Of a stretch of DNA of 64,000 bases, positions 20,107-29,753 are shown in pieces; position 1 is the stretch's first letter; the number at the start of each line of letters is the position of its first letter. The translations under genes were made by a program, and so were the position numbers. The notes below the pieces were generated by a model. It worked only from the letters and a program-made list of their open reading frames with translations, was not told where the DNA came from and made no database searches. The stretch comes from Candidatus Latescibacterota bacterium (GTDB lineage: Bacteria > Latescibacterota > UBA2968 > UBA8231), in the NCBI GenBank assembly GCA_963422735.1, contig OY730476.1:2272001-2336000 (forward strand). Reading direction: 5' to 3'.

Positions 20107-21216
20107 CTATCGGCTAGCATACGGATCGGCCGCGTCGCGCATCCCATCGCCCACCACGTTGAAGGCCAAGACCGAGACGACTACGAAAAGCCCGGGCAGC
20201 AAAAGCCACGGCGCCATGGCCACGGCCTGAAAGTTCTGCGCCTTTTGCAGCAGCACCCCCCAGCTAACCACGGGTGCCCGCAGCCCAATCCCCAAAAAAC
20301 TCAGCGCGGTCTCGCCGAGAATCATGCTCGGCACCGCTAAGGTGGCCGACGTGATCACGTGGCTGAGGAACGACGGCAGCAGGTGCTTGAAAATGATCTT
20401 CAACTCGTTGGTGCCCGACAGGCGAGCGGCGACCACGAAATCCTCTTCGCGCAGCGACAGAAAGCGGCCGCGCACCACCCGCGCCAACCCGGTCCAACCC
20501 ATCAGCGAGAGGATGATGGTGACGCCAAAGTAAATCCGCAGCGGTGCCCAGTGCGCCGGCAGCGCCGCGCTCAACGCCATCCACAGCGGTAGCTGCGGGA
20601 CGGCCATCAGGACCTCGATCATCCGCTGCACCACCACATCAACCCAGCCGCTGTAATAACCAGCCAGTCCCCCGAGCAGAATGCCGATGAGGAAGGTCAG
20701 GGCCACGCCGATTAGCCCAATGGTAAGCGAAATGCGCGCGCCGTGTATAATTCGGCTGAACAGATCGCGGCCCAAGTCGTCGGAGCCAAAGAGGAACAAC
20801 GGCCCGGTGCCCGCGCTGAACAAGTGCAAGTCCGCGTTGAAAAGCCCCCAAAACTCGTAGGCCGGGCCGCGTACGAGAAAGCGGACCGGATATATAGCCT
20901 CGGTATCGACGAGATACTCGCGTTGCCACGGGCCGGCAGCCGTGTCTTGCCGCACGCCGTGGACAAAGGGCCGCCAGTGAAAGCGCCCCTCGCCGTCGAA
21001 AAAGCGGATCGACTGCGGCGGGCAGAGGACATATTGCGCGTGGCGCTGGTCGGGCCGGTAGGGCGAGATAAATTCGCACAGGGCCGCGAGGCCATAGAGC
21101 GCGATCAGGACCGCGCTGCCGGCTAGGGCCAGCCGATGGCGGCGGAAGCGCATCCACATCAACCGCCACTGCGAGGCGTCGGCTAGTTGGGTTGCGGGGC
21201 GAGCTTCATCACTCAT
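20107..21216 (-). CDS. oppC: Oligopeptide ABC transporter permease (OppC/DppC-like)
   Basis: RFRRHRLA, FGSDDLGRDLFSR..GARISL, EAA-loop 'EEDFVVAARLSG', KHLLP. Confidence 0.9.
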   Translation of the reverse strand: MSDEARPATQLADASQWRLMWMRFRRHRLALAGSAVLIALYGLAALCEFISPYRPDQRHAQYVLCPPQSIRFFDGEGRFHWRPFVHGVRQDTAAGPWQREYLVDTEAIYPVRFLVRGPAYEFWGLFNADLHLFSAGTGPLFLFGSDDLGRDLFSRIIHGARISLTIGLIGVALTFLIGILLGGLAGYYSGWVDVVVQRMIEVLMAVPQLPLWMALSAALPAHWAPLRIYFGVTIILSLMGWTGLARVVRGRFLSLREEDFVVAARLSGTNELKIIFKHLLPSFLSHVITSATLAVPSMILGETALSFLGIGLRAPVVSWGVLLQKAQNFQAVAMAPWLLLPGLFVVVSVLAFNVVGDGMRDAADPYASR

Positions 21217-22192
21217 AACGGATGCGTGGGTCGGCAATGGCCAAGAGAATATCCGACAGCAGGGTGCCTATCACCGTCAGGACGCTGAGTATGAGGAGAA
21301 AACTGCCCGCCAAATACATGTCTTGGTTGCGGAGGGATTCGAGCAGCAAGGGGCCGGTCGTCGGCAGGCTCAATACCACGCTGGTGATGGCCGAGCCGGA
21401 AATCAGGTGCGGCAGCATCCAGCCGACCGTGCTGATAAAGGGATTGATGGCAATGCGCAACGGGTACTTAATCACCAAGCGGACTGGGCCAAGGCCCTTG
21501 GCCAGTGCCGTCGTGACGTAGGGCTTGCCCAGCTCGTCGAGGAGATTGGCCCGCATGACCCGCATCAGCCCGGCCATCCCGGCCGTGCCGATAACCACGG
21601 CCGGGATCCACAGATGCCCGAGCAAGTCGGCGAACTTGGCCAAGCTCCACGGCGCACTCGCGTATTCTGGAGAAAACAACCCGCCCACGGCGATCCCAAA
21701 CCACTCGTATCCCAAGTACATCAAAACCAGCGCGAGCAGGAAGTTGGGAGTCGCCAAGCCGACGAAGGCCGCGAGGGTCGCCGCGTAGTCGAGCACTGAG
21801 TACTGGCGCAGGGCCGAATAGACGCCCACCGGGAAGGCCACCAGCCAAGTCAACAAGGTCGCGGTCGAGGTGATCAGCAAGGTGTAGCCAAGCCGCTCCC
21901 AGATCAGGCTGTTGACCGACTGGCCGTACATTACCGAATAGCCCATATCGCCTTGTAGGAAGCCACCCATCCACTTGCAGTATTGGATAAACATCGGGTC
22001 GTCGAGGTGATAGCGGGCGCGCAGGGCAGCGATTTGTTCCTCGGATATGTCTTGGCCCTCGGCCTGTAGCTCTTGCAGGCGCGACGTGATGATGTCCCCG
22101 GGCGGCAACTGGATGACGACGAAGACCAGCACCGAGACGGCTAGCAGCGTGGGGATCATAATCAAGACGCGGCGGATTATGTAGTTGATCAT
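21209..22192 (-). CDS. oppB: Oligopeptide ABC transporter permease (OppB/DppB-like)
   Basis: YIIRR, PPGD, LDDP...QY..W, GDMGYS, YVTTALAKGL. Confidence 0.9.
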   Translation of the reverse strand: MINYIIRRVLIMIPTLLAVSVLVFVVIQLPPGDIITSRLQELQAEGQDISEEQIAALRARYHLDDPMFIQYCKWMGGFLQGDMGYSVMYGQSVNSLIWERLGYTLLITSTATLLTWLVAFPVGVYSALRQYSVLDYAATLAAFVGLATPNFLLALVLMYLGYEWFGIAVGGLFSPEYASAPWSLAKFADLLGHLWIPAVVIGTAGMAGLMRVMRANLLDELGKPYVTTALAKGLGPVRLVIKYPLRIAINPFISTVGWMLPHLISGSAITSVVLSLPTTGPLLLESLRNQDMYLAGSFLLILSVLTVIGTLLSDILLAIADPRIRYE

Positions 22193-22200
22193 GATTGTTT

Positions 22201-22245
22201 GTGGTCAGTGGTCAGTGGTCAGTGGTTAGTGGTTAGTGGTTAGTG
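22201..22245 (+). repeat. Heptamer tandem repeat (GTGGTCA)3(GTGGTTA)3
   Basis: Directly visible; related degenerate copies at about 808-825 and 35984-36019. Confidence 0.85.
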
Positions 22246-22269
22246 TGGGGTGGTGGGACTGATCGCTAA

Positions 22270-24255
22270 TCACTGATCACTGGCCCCTGCTAGATACCAA
22301 GTCTCTGGATAGTAGGGCCAAGACCAGCGCGAGTCCCACCCCCAATAGCCTTGGCGCGGGACATTGCGCAGCCGGTTGCTAACGATGACGGGATGTGGCC
22401 CTAGGCCGATGACGCCGAGCACCCACAGGTTTTCGGCTTGGCTCTGGAGAATTTTCTTGCCCATGGCGATGCGCTCTTGGAGATCCGATGTGCGGCGGAG
22501 CACCTCCCACCAGGCGATCAGGTCTCGGACCTTGCCGGGTGGCATCCAGCCGCGTACTCCGTCCGACCGGTACCACCGCGACCACTCCGGCCACTGAGTC
22601 ACCTCCTGCCCCACGTGCATGGGCACGTACCAAAAAGGCTCAATGGGAAAGAGGATGTCGGCGTTGCGATCGGCGTGCCAGATGCTCATGTCCATAACCC
22701 CGCCTCGGGTGCGGATACCTTGCAGTGCGCCGCTTATTTGCTTGCGGTTGATGTGCAGCCCCACTTCTCGCCAGTGGGCGGTCACCAAGTCCACGGTGAC
22801 TTGCTTGGGCGTCTCCCCGAGCGTGTACTCCAGCGTGATTTCGAGAGGGCGACCATCGGGATGGTCGCGCTGGCCGTCGCCGTTGCAGTCTATCAGTCCC
22901 ATCTCGTCAAGCAGGGCGCGGGCGCGTTGCGGATCGTGCTTGGCCCAAGCCGCGGCAAAGGCCGGCTCAAAGTAGCGACTCGAAGATACGACCGTCAACT
23001 GGCGCGGGATCCCTTGCCCGTAATAGGCGATGTTGTTGATCTCGGCGCGGTCAATGGCCAGCGAGAGGGCGCGGCGAAAACGCACGTCCTGAAAAATCCG
23101 CCTGAGCCGCTCGTTGGGGTGGGTCATATTGACCATGAGGGCCACGTCCGAGCCGTAGGGACGGGGCCAGAGGTAGGTCGCATAGCCGTTGTCCTGCTCG
23201 AAGCGCTTAAACAGCGGGATGTCGGCGGTCTTAAACTGCCGCCCGGCAAAATCGACCTGCCCGGTGGCGGCCTTGGCCGCCATGATCTCGGGGCTGTCAA
23301 CCCGCTGGACTTCGAGATAGTCGATATAGGGCAGTTGATGGCCGGCTGGATCTACTTTGGGGTAATAAGGGTTGCGGCGGTAGCGGACGCGCGTCGAAGT
23401 CTTGCTGACCACCACATAAGCGGTCTGCACCGGCTTGTGGAAGACCATTAGGTCGCGCGTGTTGACAACGGCTTGAAAGTAGGTGCGCCAGTCTTGCAGG
23501 CCGAGATCTGCTGCTTCGCGCTCTAGTTGATCCGCGTCGGTAAAGTCGGGATGATAGCGGCGCATAAAGTGCGCCGGTGCCGACAGGTGCGAGCTGTTGT
23601 GGGCGAGGTGCTTGACAAAGAGGGGCACCGGCTGAGGAAAGTGGTAGCTAAAGAGGTGGAGGCCGTGCTTTTCGATGCGGGCACCCTTAAAGCGGGGCGA
23701 CACCACGGGCGTGAGGCTTTTGTTCATGTGTACGCGATCGAACCAAAAGACAAAGTCGTCGGCCGTCACCGGGTGGCCGTCGGACCACTTGTGACCGGGC
23801 CGGAGGGCGACTGTCAGGGTCTGCGCGTCGTTGTGGTATTCGACTCGCTCGGCAAAGTTGGGCAGGGTTAGCTGGAGTTGCGGGCCCGGGCGCAGGGTTC
23901 CTTCGGGCACATTGAGGAGTTGTTCGCCGGCGAGGAAGAGCCGAGCGGTGCCCCCGTAGGTTCCAATCCCGTCGAGTGGCTCGACGACAATCGGGTCGTC
24001 GGGGAGCCGCTCTGCCACCGGCGGCAACTCGCCGGCGGCCACAAGTTCGTCGAGCATGGGCGACTGGCGGAAGATCGTCAAACCGACTTCCGAGGCCGTG
24101 CGCGGCGGGTGGAACCAGCTTTCTGGCCACGCAGTGCGAGGTATGTCGCCTTCGGCCGCTGGGCGCATAGCTTGACTTTCCCGGCCGCATCCTGCCAAGG
24201 CCACTAGCACTAGCAGGAACCCGGCCTGCGTTGAGTTCACGAGCGTCATATACAT
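22270..24255 (-). CDS. ABC transporter substrate-binding lipoprotein, family 5
   Basis: Lipobox LAGC; ELPPVAERLP, KWSDGHPVTADD, RNPYYPKVD..G.QLPYID, FRRALSLAIDR. Confidence 0.92.
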   Translation of the reverse strand: MYMTLVNSTQAGFLLVLVALAGCGRESQAMRPAAEGDIPRTAWPESWFHPPRTASEVGLTIFRQSPMLDELVAAGELPPVAERLPDDPIVVEPLDGIGTYGGTARLFLAGEQLLNVPEGTLRPGPQLQLTLPNFAERVEYHNDAQTLTVALRPGHKWSDGHPVTADDFVFWFDRVHMNKSLTPVVSPRFKGARIEKHGLHLFSYHFPQPVPLFVKHLAHNSSHLSAPAHFMRRYHPDFTDADQLEREAADLGLQDWRTYFQAVVNTRDLMVFHKPVQTAYVVVSKTSTRVRYRRNPYYPKVDPAGHQLPYIDYLEVQRVDSPEIMAAKAATGQVDFAGRQFKTADIPLFKRFEQDNGYATYLWPRPYGSDVALMVNMTHPNERLRRIFQDVRFRRALSLAIDRAEINNIAYYGQGIPRQLTVVSSSRYFEPAFAAAWAKHDPQRARALLDEMGLIDCNGDGQRDHPDGRPLEITLEYTLGETPKQVTVDLVTAHWREVGLHINRKQISGALQGIRTRGGVMDMSIWHADRNADILFPIEPFWYVPMHVGQEVTQWPEWSRWYRSDGVRGWMPPGKVRDLIAWWEVLRRTSDLQERIAMGKKILQSQAENLWVLGVIGLGPHPVIVSNRLRNVPRQGYWGWDSRWSWPYYPETWYLAGASDQ

Positions 24256-24358
24256 TTAGATGGGGAAGAGCAAAACTAAAAGTCTAAAGCGACCGTGCCC
24301 ATTGCGCCAGAGGGCGCGGCAACCTACCTTAGGCACCAATACGTGAGGAGATGCCGAT

Positions 24359-24697
24359 ATGAAACTGCTAATGTGCATAGTGAGACCCAATGCGCTAGAC
24401 GCGATCAAAGAGGCGTTGAGCGCGTTGGGCATCCAAGGCATAACAGTCAGCGAAGTTAAGGGTTTTGGCCGCCAGAAGGGTCATAAGGAGATATACCGCG
24501 GTGCCGAGTACGTCGTCGATTTTACTCCCAAACTCAAGGTCGAAGTAGTGGTGCGGAAAGACCTTGCCGAGCAGTGCTTGGATGCTGTGCGCGAGGCCGC
24601 GCAGACCGGCCACATCGGCGATGGCAAAATTTTCATGCTGTCGGTGGATGAGGTAGTGCGGATCCGCACCGGGGAGACCGGCGACGCGGCTGTCTAG
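24359..24697 (+). CDS. glnB: P-II family nitrogen regulator
   Basis: GITVSEVKGFGRQKG, T-loop YRGAEY, TG.IGDGKIF, RIRTGE; no amtB adjacent. Confidence 0.95.
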   Translation: MKLLMCIVRPNALDAIKEALSALGIQGITVSEVKGFGRQKGHKEIYRGAEYVVDFTPKLKVEVVVRKDLAEQCLDAVREAAQTGHIGDGKIFMLSVDEVVRIRTGETGDAAV

Positions 24698-24770
24698 CGG
24701 GCGAGACACCCCCTAGAGCAACCACAAGGGCCGGGGGTCAACAACTAGAGAAACAACAATCAACCCCGAC

Positions 24771-24807
24771 GCGGGCGAGGGAGCTATGTCCCTCGCCCGC
24801 TTTTTTT
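24771..24807 (+). terminator. Rho-independent terminator after the P-II gene
   Basis: gcgggcgaggga...tccctcgcccgc followed by T7. Confidence 0.85.
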
Positions 24808-24819
24808 GTAAAAAATACA

Positions 24820-25152
24820 CTCTACGTTCGACGGTACTGGCCCGGAGACTTGGTCGCTTTCGACATCACCGATCCCGATGCGCCACGCGAGATCGGATAC
24901 TGGTCTTTTAATGCTCGCACTGCTATAAAAATAATCGACGGCTGGTGTACCGCGCGGAACAGAATGGGTTGTCTGTATATCGGCTGACCCCTTATCACAT
25001 CGTATGAGCGCGTGTATTATTGGCAAGCACCTTCGCCTTCTTTTCGTAGTGATTGGAAACGGCTCCATCTCGTCCGCGATCATTTCTACACCCTAATCGG
25101 GCGTTCGCTCATGGTGTTTTCGCCGGAGCCAATCAAAGGAGGCCGGCTATGA
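24820..25152 (+). pseudogene. 3' remnant of an LVIVD-repeat protein
   Basis: LYVRRYWPGDLVAFDITDPDAPREIGYW...GLSVYRL...SLMVFSPEPIKGGRL* with frameshifts; its TGA overlaps the next ATG. Confidence 0.55.
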
Positions 25153-25978
25153 GTGCCTTGTACGCGTTGTTGTGAAAAAAGGGCCGCGAAATCCTGCCCA
25201 AGGTGCTAGGAATAGTCGCGCTCGCCGCGGTGATCTATCTGATGCTGATGCGGCACGATACTGGTTTCAATATCACCTACACAGAGTTATCCGTAGGGCT
25301 GATCACGGTTGGTCTGGCGGGGATGGCGATTGTGCTGGCCATGGACGCCATCGCCCTCGAGCGCAGTACCGGCACCCTGTCCTTTCTCCTAGACAAGTCG
25401 GTGGCGGGCATGAGCTGATGTCCAAACATGGAAGCACTGGTGCCATGTACAGATGCGCGGCAATCGCGCCTATATCGGTGCGCGAATTGGTGGTCCTCGA
25501 TGTGGCCGATGCGTACGCTTTGCGTGAGGCCGGAGAGTCCTTTCAGCCGCGTACTTACTGAGGGCCTAGGTTGGACAGGCTCTACGTTGAGTGCTTCTGG
25601 CCGCACGAGCGAGTCGAGTTCGATATCACCGATCCCGACTCACTGCGCGAAGTAGGATACCTGCCGTTGTCTCAGAGCGATAGGCAGGTTGCTGCCGATG
25701 GAGTAGCCTACGGCCTAGTAGGCCATTCAGACGTCGAGGTGAGAGCGTGGACTATCGCCGACGGGGCACTCATCGAGGGCGATCCCTTGGTTGTACCTAA
25801 AGAGCCCGATAGGGATCCTTGGAGCTTCAACGCCCTATCCGTTCTTTACGCGACTAAGCGCGGTGCGCTGCTGGCGTACCGTTTAAGACTAAGGGAGGCC
25901 GTGGGGACGACGGAATTCTTCTGGACGCAATGTAGTGTTAGACGGCGTTGCTCGGCAATTTTCGAGGGAGGCCAATGA
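25149..25978 (+). pseudogene. Decayed ABC-2-type permease domain + LVIVD-repeat gene
   Basis: RBS AAAGGAGG + MSALYALL*KKGREILPK...ALERSTGTLSFLLDK* (premature TGA), then LYVECFWPHERVEFDITDPDSLREVGYL. Confidence 0.55.
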
Positions 25979-25980
25979 AG

Positions 25981-26010
25981 AGGGGTCGGGATTGCTCCCG
26001 GCCCTTTTTT
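25981..26010 (+). terminator. Putative Rho-independent terminator
   Basis: aggggtcggga-ttgc-tcccggccct followed by a T-run. Confidence 0.6.
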
Positions 26011-26054
26011 GCGCTATCATCAAAATCTCTCCTGAACAACGAAAGCCAACGCAC

Positions 26055-26804
26055 ATGACCACAGCAGTATTTGCCGAGCGCACCGCCTTAGTAACCGGCG
26101 GCAGTCGCGGCATCGGCCGAGCCATCGCTCGGATGCTGGCCCAGCACGGGGCCAGGGTCGCCATCAACTACCAACACAACGCCGAGGCCGCGCAGGAGAT
26201 CTTGGCGCAGGTCAAGTCATGCGGCACCGAGGGAATGATCGTTCAGGCCGACGTGTCGCAGCAGGCAGAAGTCGAGCAAATGGTCACCCAAGTGCGCGCG
26301 GCATTCGGGCCGATCGAGCTGCTGGTCAACAACGCCGGAATCGCCTTCACCCAAGAGCATGGCGAGTTCGGCTTTGCCGAGTGGGAAAGGATGTTTGCGG
26401 TCAACGTCCACGGGCCTTTTTTGACCACCTGGGCCGTCAAGGACGAGATGATCGTGCAGCGCTTTGGACGGATCGTCAATATCTCCTCACTGGCCGCTTG
26501 GCTCCTCAAGCCGAACATGATCCACTACGCCACGACGAAGGCGGCCGTCATCGCCTTCACCCGGCAGTGCGCTCAAGCACTCGCCGAGCACAATGTGCGG
26601 ATCAACTGCCTAGCGCCGGGATTGACGGATACTGAACTGGCGCGCACGGCCAACCCCGGCCAAGTTGCCCAGCTAATCGCCAGCACCCCAATGGGACGGA
26701 TGGCCGATCCGGCAGAAATGGCGTCAGTGGTCCGCTTTTTATTGTCCGAAGAGTCCAGTTTTATCACCAGGCAGACGATTACCGCCTGCGGTGGACGGTC
26801 GTAG
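26055..26804 (+). CDS. SDR family NAD(P)-dependent oxidoreductase (FabG-like)
   Basis: TGGSRGIG, NNAG, IVNISS, YATTK catalytic motif. Confidence 0.92.
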   Translation: MTTAVFAERTALVTGGSRGIGRAIARMLAQHGARVAINYQHNAEAAQEILAQVKSCGTEGMIVQADVSQQAEVEQMVTQVRAAFGPIELLVNNAGIAFTQEHGEFGFAEWERMFAVNVHGPFLTTWAVKDEMIVQRFGRIVNISSLAAWLLKPNMIHYATTKAAVIAFTRQCAQALAEHNVRINCLAPGLTDTELARTANPGQVAQLIASTPMGRMADPAEMASVVRFLLSEESSFITRQTITACGGRS

Positions 26805-26815
26805 GTAGAAAGGCT

Positions 26816-28186
26816 ATGGCGATGCACAGCGAAATATACGCGGCCTACGGGGCGGCGCGCCCCCGGTCTCAGGAGTACTTTGCCCGCGCTTGTAAAGTGC
26901 TCGGCGGCAAGGCTGGGCACGACCTGCGCTACGCGACGCCGGTGCCGCTCTACATCGAGCGGGGGGCCGGCGGCCGCAAGTGGGATGTCGATGGCAACGA
27001 GTACATCGACTTCCTGCTCGGCAACGGGGCCCTGCTCTTGGGGCACGCGCCCGCCGAAGTTGTAGCGGCCATTGCCGAGGCCGTGGGGCGAGGGACGCAC
27101 TTTGGCAACGACCATCCACTGCACATCGAGTGGGCCGAGCGCATACAGGCGCTTGTCCCCTCGGCCGAGCGCGTGCGCTTAGTCAATTCGGGGACGGAGG
27201 CGACCCTGCTGGCGCTGCGCTTGGCGCGGGCGTTTACCGGTCGCCGCAAGATCCTGCGCTTTGCCGGCCACTTCCACGGGTGGCACGACGACGTGATGAG
27301 CGGCGTTCAGCCGCCCTTTGACGCAGAGGGCTCATTGGGCATTCCGCCGCAGGTGCGCGAGCATGTGGTCTGCGTACCAGCGGGGGATGCGGACCACGTC
27401 GCCCGCGTCCTCGACACAGAGGGCGATATTGCAGCGGCTATTATCGAGCCGTCGGGGGGATCGTGGGGCCGAGTACCCTTGGCACCGGAGTTTTTGCGCG
27501 ATCTACAAGCAATGACTAGCGCGCACGGGGTGGTGCTGATTTTCGACGAGGTGGTCACCGGCTTTCGCTTCAGTCCGGGCGGTGCCCAAGTGCTCTACGG
27601 GCTGCGGCCGGACCTGTCTTGTTTTGCCAAGGTGGTCGCTGGCGGTATGCCCGGCGGGGCCGTGGTGGGACGGGCGGACATTATGGAGCTTTTCGACGTG
27701 ACGGATGATGCCCGCCCGCGCGTGACGCATCAAGGGACTTTTAACGGAGCACCGCTTTCGGCCGCGGCTGGGATTGCCGTGCTCGAGCGCGTGGCCACGG
27801 GCGAGCCGATAGACCAAGCCAACGCTCGCGCCGCTGAGCTGCGCACCACTTGGGACGAAGTATTGGAGCACCGAGGCATCGCCGGGTACGTATACGGGGT
27901 GTGTTCGACCTTCCACGTCTATTTTGAAACCGATCGCCAGCGCGTACAAAACGCCCACAGCCGGGCGGATTTGTACGCGACTGGGGCCGAGCGGCTCAAG
28001 GGGATGCCGGGGAAGTTGATCGAAGAGTACCAGCGCAATCTGCGCTTTTATGGGGTCGATAACATGAGCTCCACCGGCGGCGTACTCTCGGCGGCGCACA
28101 CGACCCAAGATGTCGAAGAGGCGACCGCGGCGTTTGCCCAGACGGTTGATTCACTCCTAGCACAGGGGCTGATTCTGACGTCGTAG
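26816..28186 (+). CDS. Class III aminotransferase (glutamate-1-semialdehyde aminomutase-like)
   Basis: WDVDGNEYID, NSGTEAT, FHGWHD, LIFDEVVTGFR, AKVVAGGMP, GTFNG. Confidence 0.9.
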   Translation: MAMHSEIYAAYGAARPRSQEYFARACKVLGGKAGHDLRYATPVPLYIERGAGGRKWDVDGNEYIDFLLGNGALLLGHAPAEVVAAIAEAVGRGTHFGNDHPLHIEWAERIQALVPSAERVRLVNSGTEATLLALRLARAFTGRRKILRFAGHFHGWHDDVMSGVQPPFDAEGSLGIPPQVREHVVCVPAGDADHVARVLDTEGDIAAAIIEPSGGSWGRVPLAPEFLRDLQAMTSAHGVVLIFDEVVTGFRFSPGGAQVLYGLRPDLSCFAKVVAGGMPGGAVVGRADIMELFDVTDDARPRVTHQGTFNGAPLSAAAGIAVLERVATGEPIDQANARAAELRTTWDEVLEHRGIAGYVYGVCSTFHVYFETDRQRVQNAHSRADLYATGAERLKGMPGKLIEEYQRNLRFYGVDNMSSTGGVLSAAHTTQDVEEATAAFAQTVDSLLAQGLILTS

Positions 28187-28265
28187 CACCGTGGCCTTGC
28201 CGTGCGGCGCGGTCGGCTGTAGTTTTTTGTTACATTCCCTTCACATTCTGCCGCGAGGTACGTCT

Positions 28266-29741
28266 ATGGCCGAAGTTGTTCGCCACAACTGTGGTTTGAC
28301 CGTAGCCCACTCTCTGCACGACGCCTACCGCTTTATTCATTCGTTACAGCATCGGGGCCGCGAGGCGGCCGGCATCGCCGCAGTAGGTGACGGCCGCATT
28401 GACGTGATCAAGTGGAAGGGAGGGGTCTCGCGCTTCGACGTAACTGACCTCCACAAAATTTTCCTCAGCCCCAACTACCACACCTACATGGCCCACGTGC
28501 GCTACGCCACTCGCGGCTCGAAGGACAAAATCCTCGAGGAGGCGCATCCGCACGTCATTGGCGGCACGGTCGAACACCGCGACAACCACATTCTGATCTG
28601 GGACTGCGACATGGCGGCCGTCCACAACGGCCAAATTGACCGGATCTTCTTCGAGGACTCGGCTCCCTTGCACCTGTATTCGAGCTGCGATACCGAGGCT
28701 GTGCTCTACCTCTACCGCGAGCGCGGTGGGCACAACTTCCTCAAGGAAGTGCCCGGTGCCTATACCTTGGCCATTGCCGACAAGCGCGAGCGCGACGTGA
28801 TCGCAATACGCGATCGCACCGGGATCAAACCTGGGGTCCTCGGCTGGAAGGACGGCAAGTACGTGATGGCCTCAGAGGACATCGCCTTCCGCAAAAACGG
28901 TGGCGAATACGTCGAGGATTTGGAGCCAGGAGCGATCTACTATCTCACGCCCGAAGGGAACTACAGCAAGGAAGTCGTGGTCGCGACCAACCTCGCCTAT
29001 TGCTTTTTTGAATGGAACTACATCACCGACCTCGACTCGATCATCAATGGCGTCAGCGTGCGCCGCATTCGCGAATCGCTCGGGGAAGTGCTCAGCGAGG
29101 AGTTTCAGCCGCCTGACGTCGATTTGGTTACGTACCTGCCGCGCTGTCCCGAGGTAGCGGCCCGCGCCTACGCCAAGCAGGCGGAACTGCCCTTTGAACC
29201 CGTGTTTTACAAGATGCGCGGCGAGCGCTCGTTCCAAGGTTCGACCGCTGGCGAGCGCAAAGAGTCAATCGACCAGAACCTGCACCTTTTGCCCGGGATG
29301 GCGCAGAAGCTCAAGGGCAAGGCCGTGATCCTGATTGACGACAGCATCATCCGCGGCAACAACTCCAAACGCGCCTGCGACCTGCTCTACAAAGAGGCCG
29401 GCGTCAAGCAGGCTTATTTGGTGAGTTACACGCCGCCGATTGGCATTATCGGCGACGATGGCGTGCCGAGAGGATGCACCTTTGGGGTGGATATGCCGCC
29501 GGATCCACCGCCGGGCGACGAGTTTATCGCACGTGGGCGCACGGCCGAGGCCATCGGCGAGGTCATGGGGATGCCAGTGATTTACTTGTCGTGGCAGGGG
29601 ATGCTAGACGCCTTTGCGCGCGCTGGCCTGCCCGAGCGCGACTTGTGTACGTACTGCATTGGCGGGCGCACGCCCTTTGAAGCGGCCGGTTCGCTAATCC
29701 AAATCGGCGATAGGCCGCAGCTCGACTTGTGGCGGGCTTGA
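28266..29741 (+). CDS. purF: Amidophosphoribosyltransferase (divergent)
   Basis: Short propeptide then CG; LQHRGREAAG, HVRYATRG, HNGQI, DTE, RDRTGIKP, CFFEWNY, DDSIIRG, C.FGVDM, CTYC. Confidence 0.8.
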   Translation: MAEVVRHNCGLTVAHSLHDAYRFIHSLQHRGREAAGIAAVGDGRIDVIKWKGGVSRFDVTDLHKIFLSPNYHTYMAHVRYATRGSKDKILEEAHPHVIGGTVEHRDNHILIWDCDMAAVHNGQIDRIFFEDSAPLHLYSSCDTEAVLYLYRERGGHNFLKEVPGAYTLAIADKRERDVIAIRDRTGIKPGVLGWKDGKYVMASEDIAFRKNGGEYVEDLEPGAIYYLTPEGNYSKEVVVATNLAYCFFEWNYITDLDSIINGVSVRRIRESLGEVLSEEFQPPDVDLVTYLPRCPEVAARAYAKQAELPFEPVFYKMRGERSFQGSTAGERKESIDQNLHLLPGMAQKLKGKAVILIDDSIIRGNNSKRACDLLYKEAGVKQAYLVSYTPPIGIIGDDGVPRGCTFGVDMPPDPPPGDEFIARGRTAEAIGEVMGMPVIYLSWQGMLDAFARAGLPERDLCTYCIGGRTPFEAAGSLIQIGDRPQLDLWRA

Positions 29742-29753
29742 AGGTCTGGTCTG

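Noticed and set aside
22201-22245. Tandem repeat considered as a CRISPR array
   Set aside because: 7-bp units with no spacers, and no cas genes in the window.
25173-25175. In-frame TGA as selenocysteine or Trp recoding
   Set aside because: The gene has further lesions, and TGA is used as a normal stop throughout the window.
26816-28186. Calling the aminotransferase hemL
   Set aside because: No tetrapyrrole genes nearby and the sequence is divergent; GSA-like paralogs are common.
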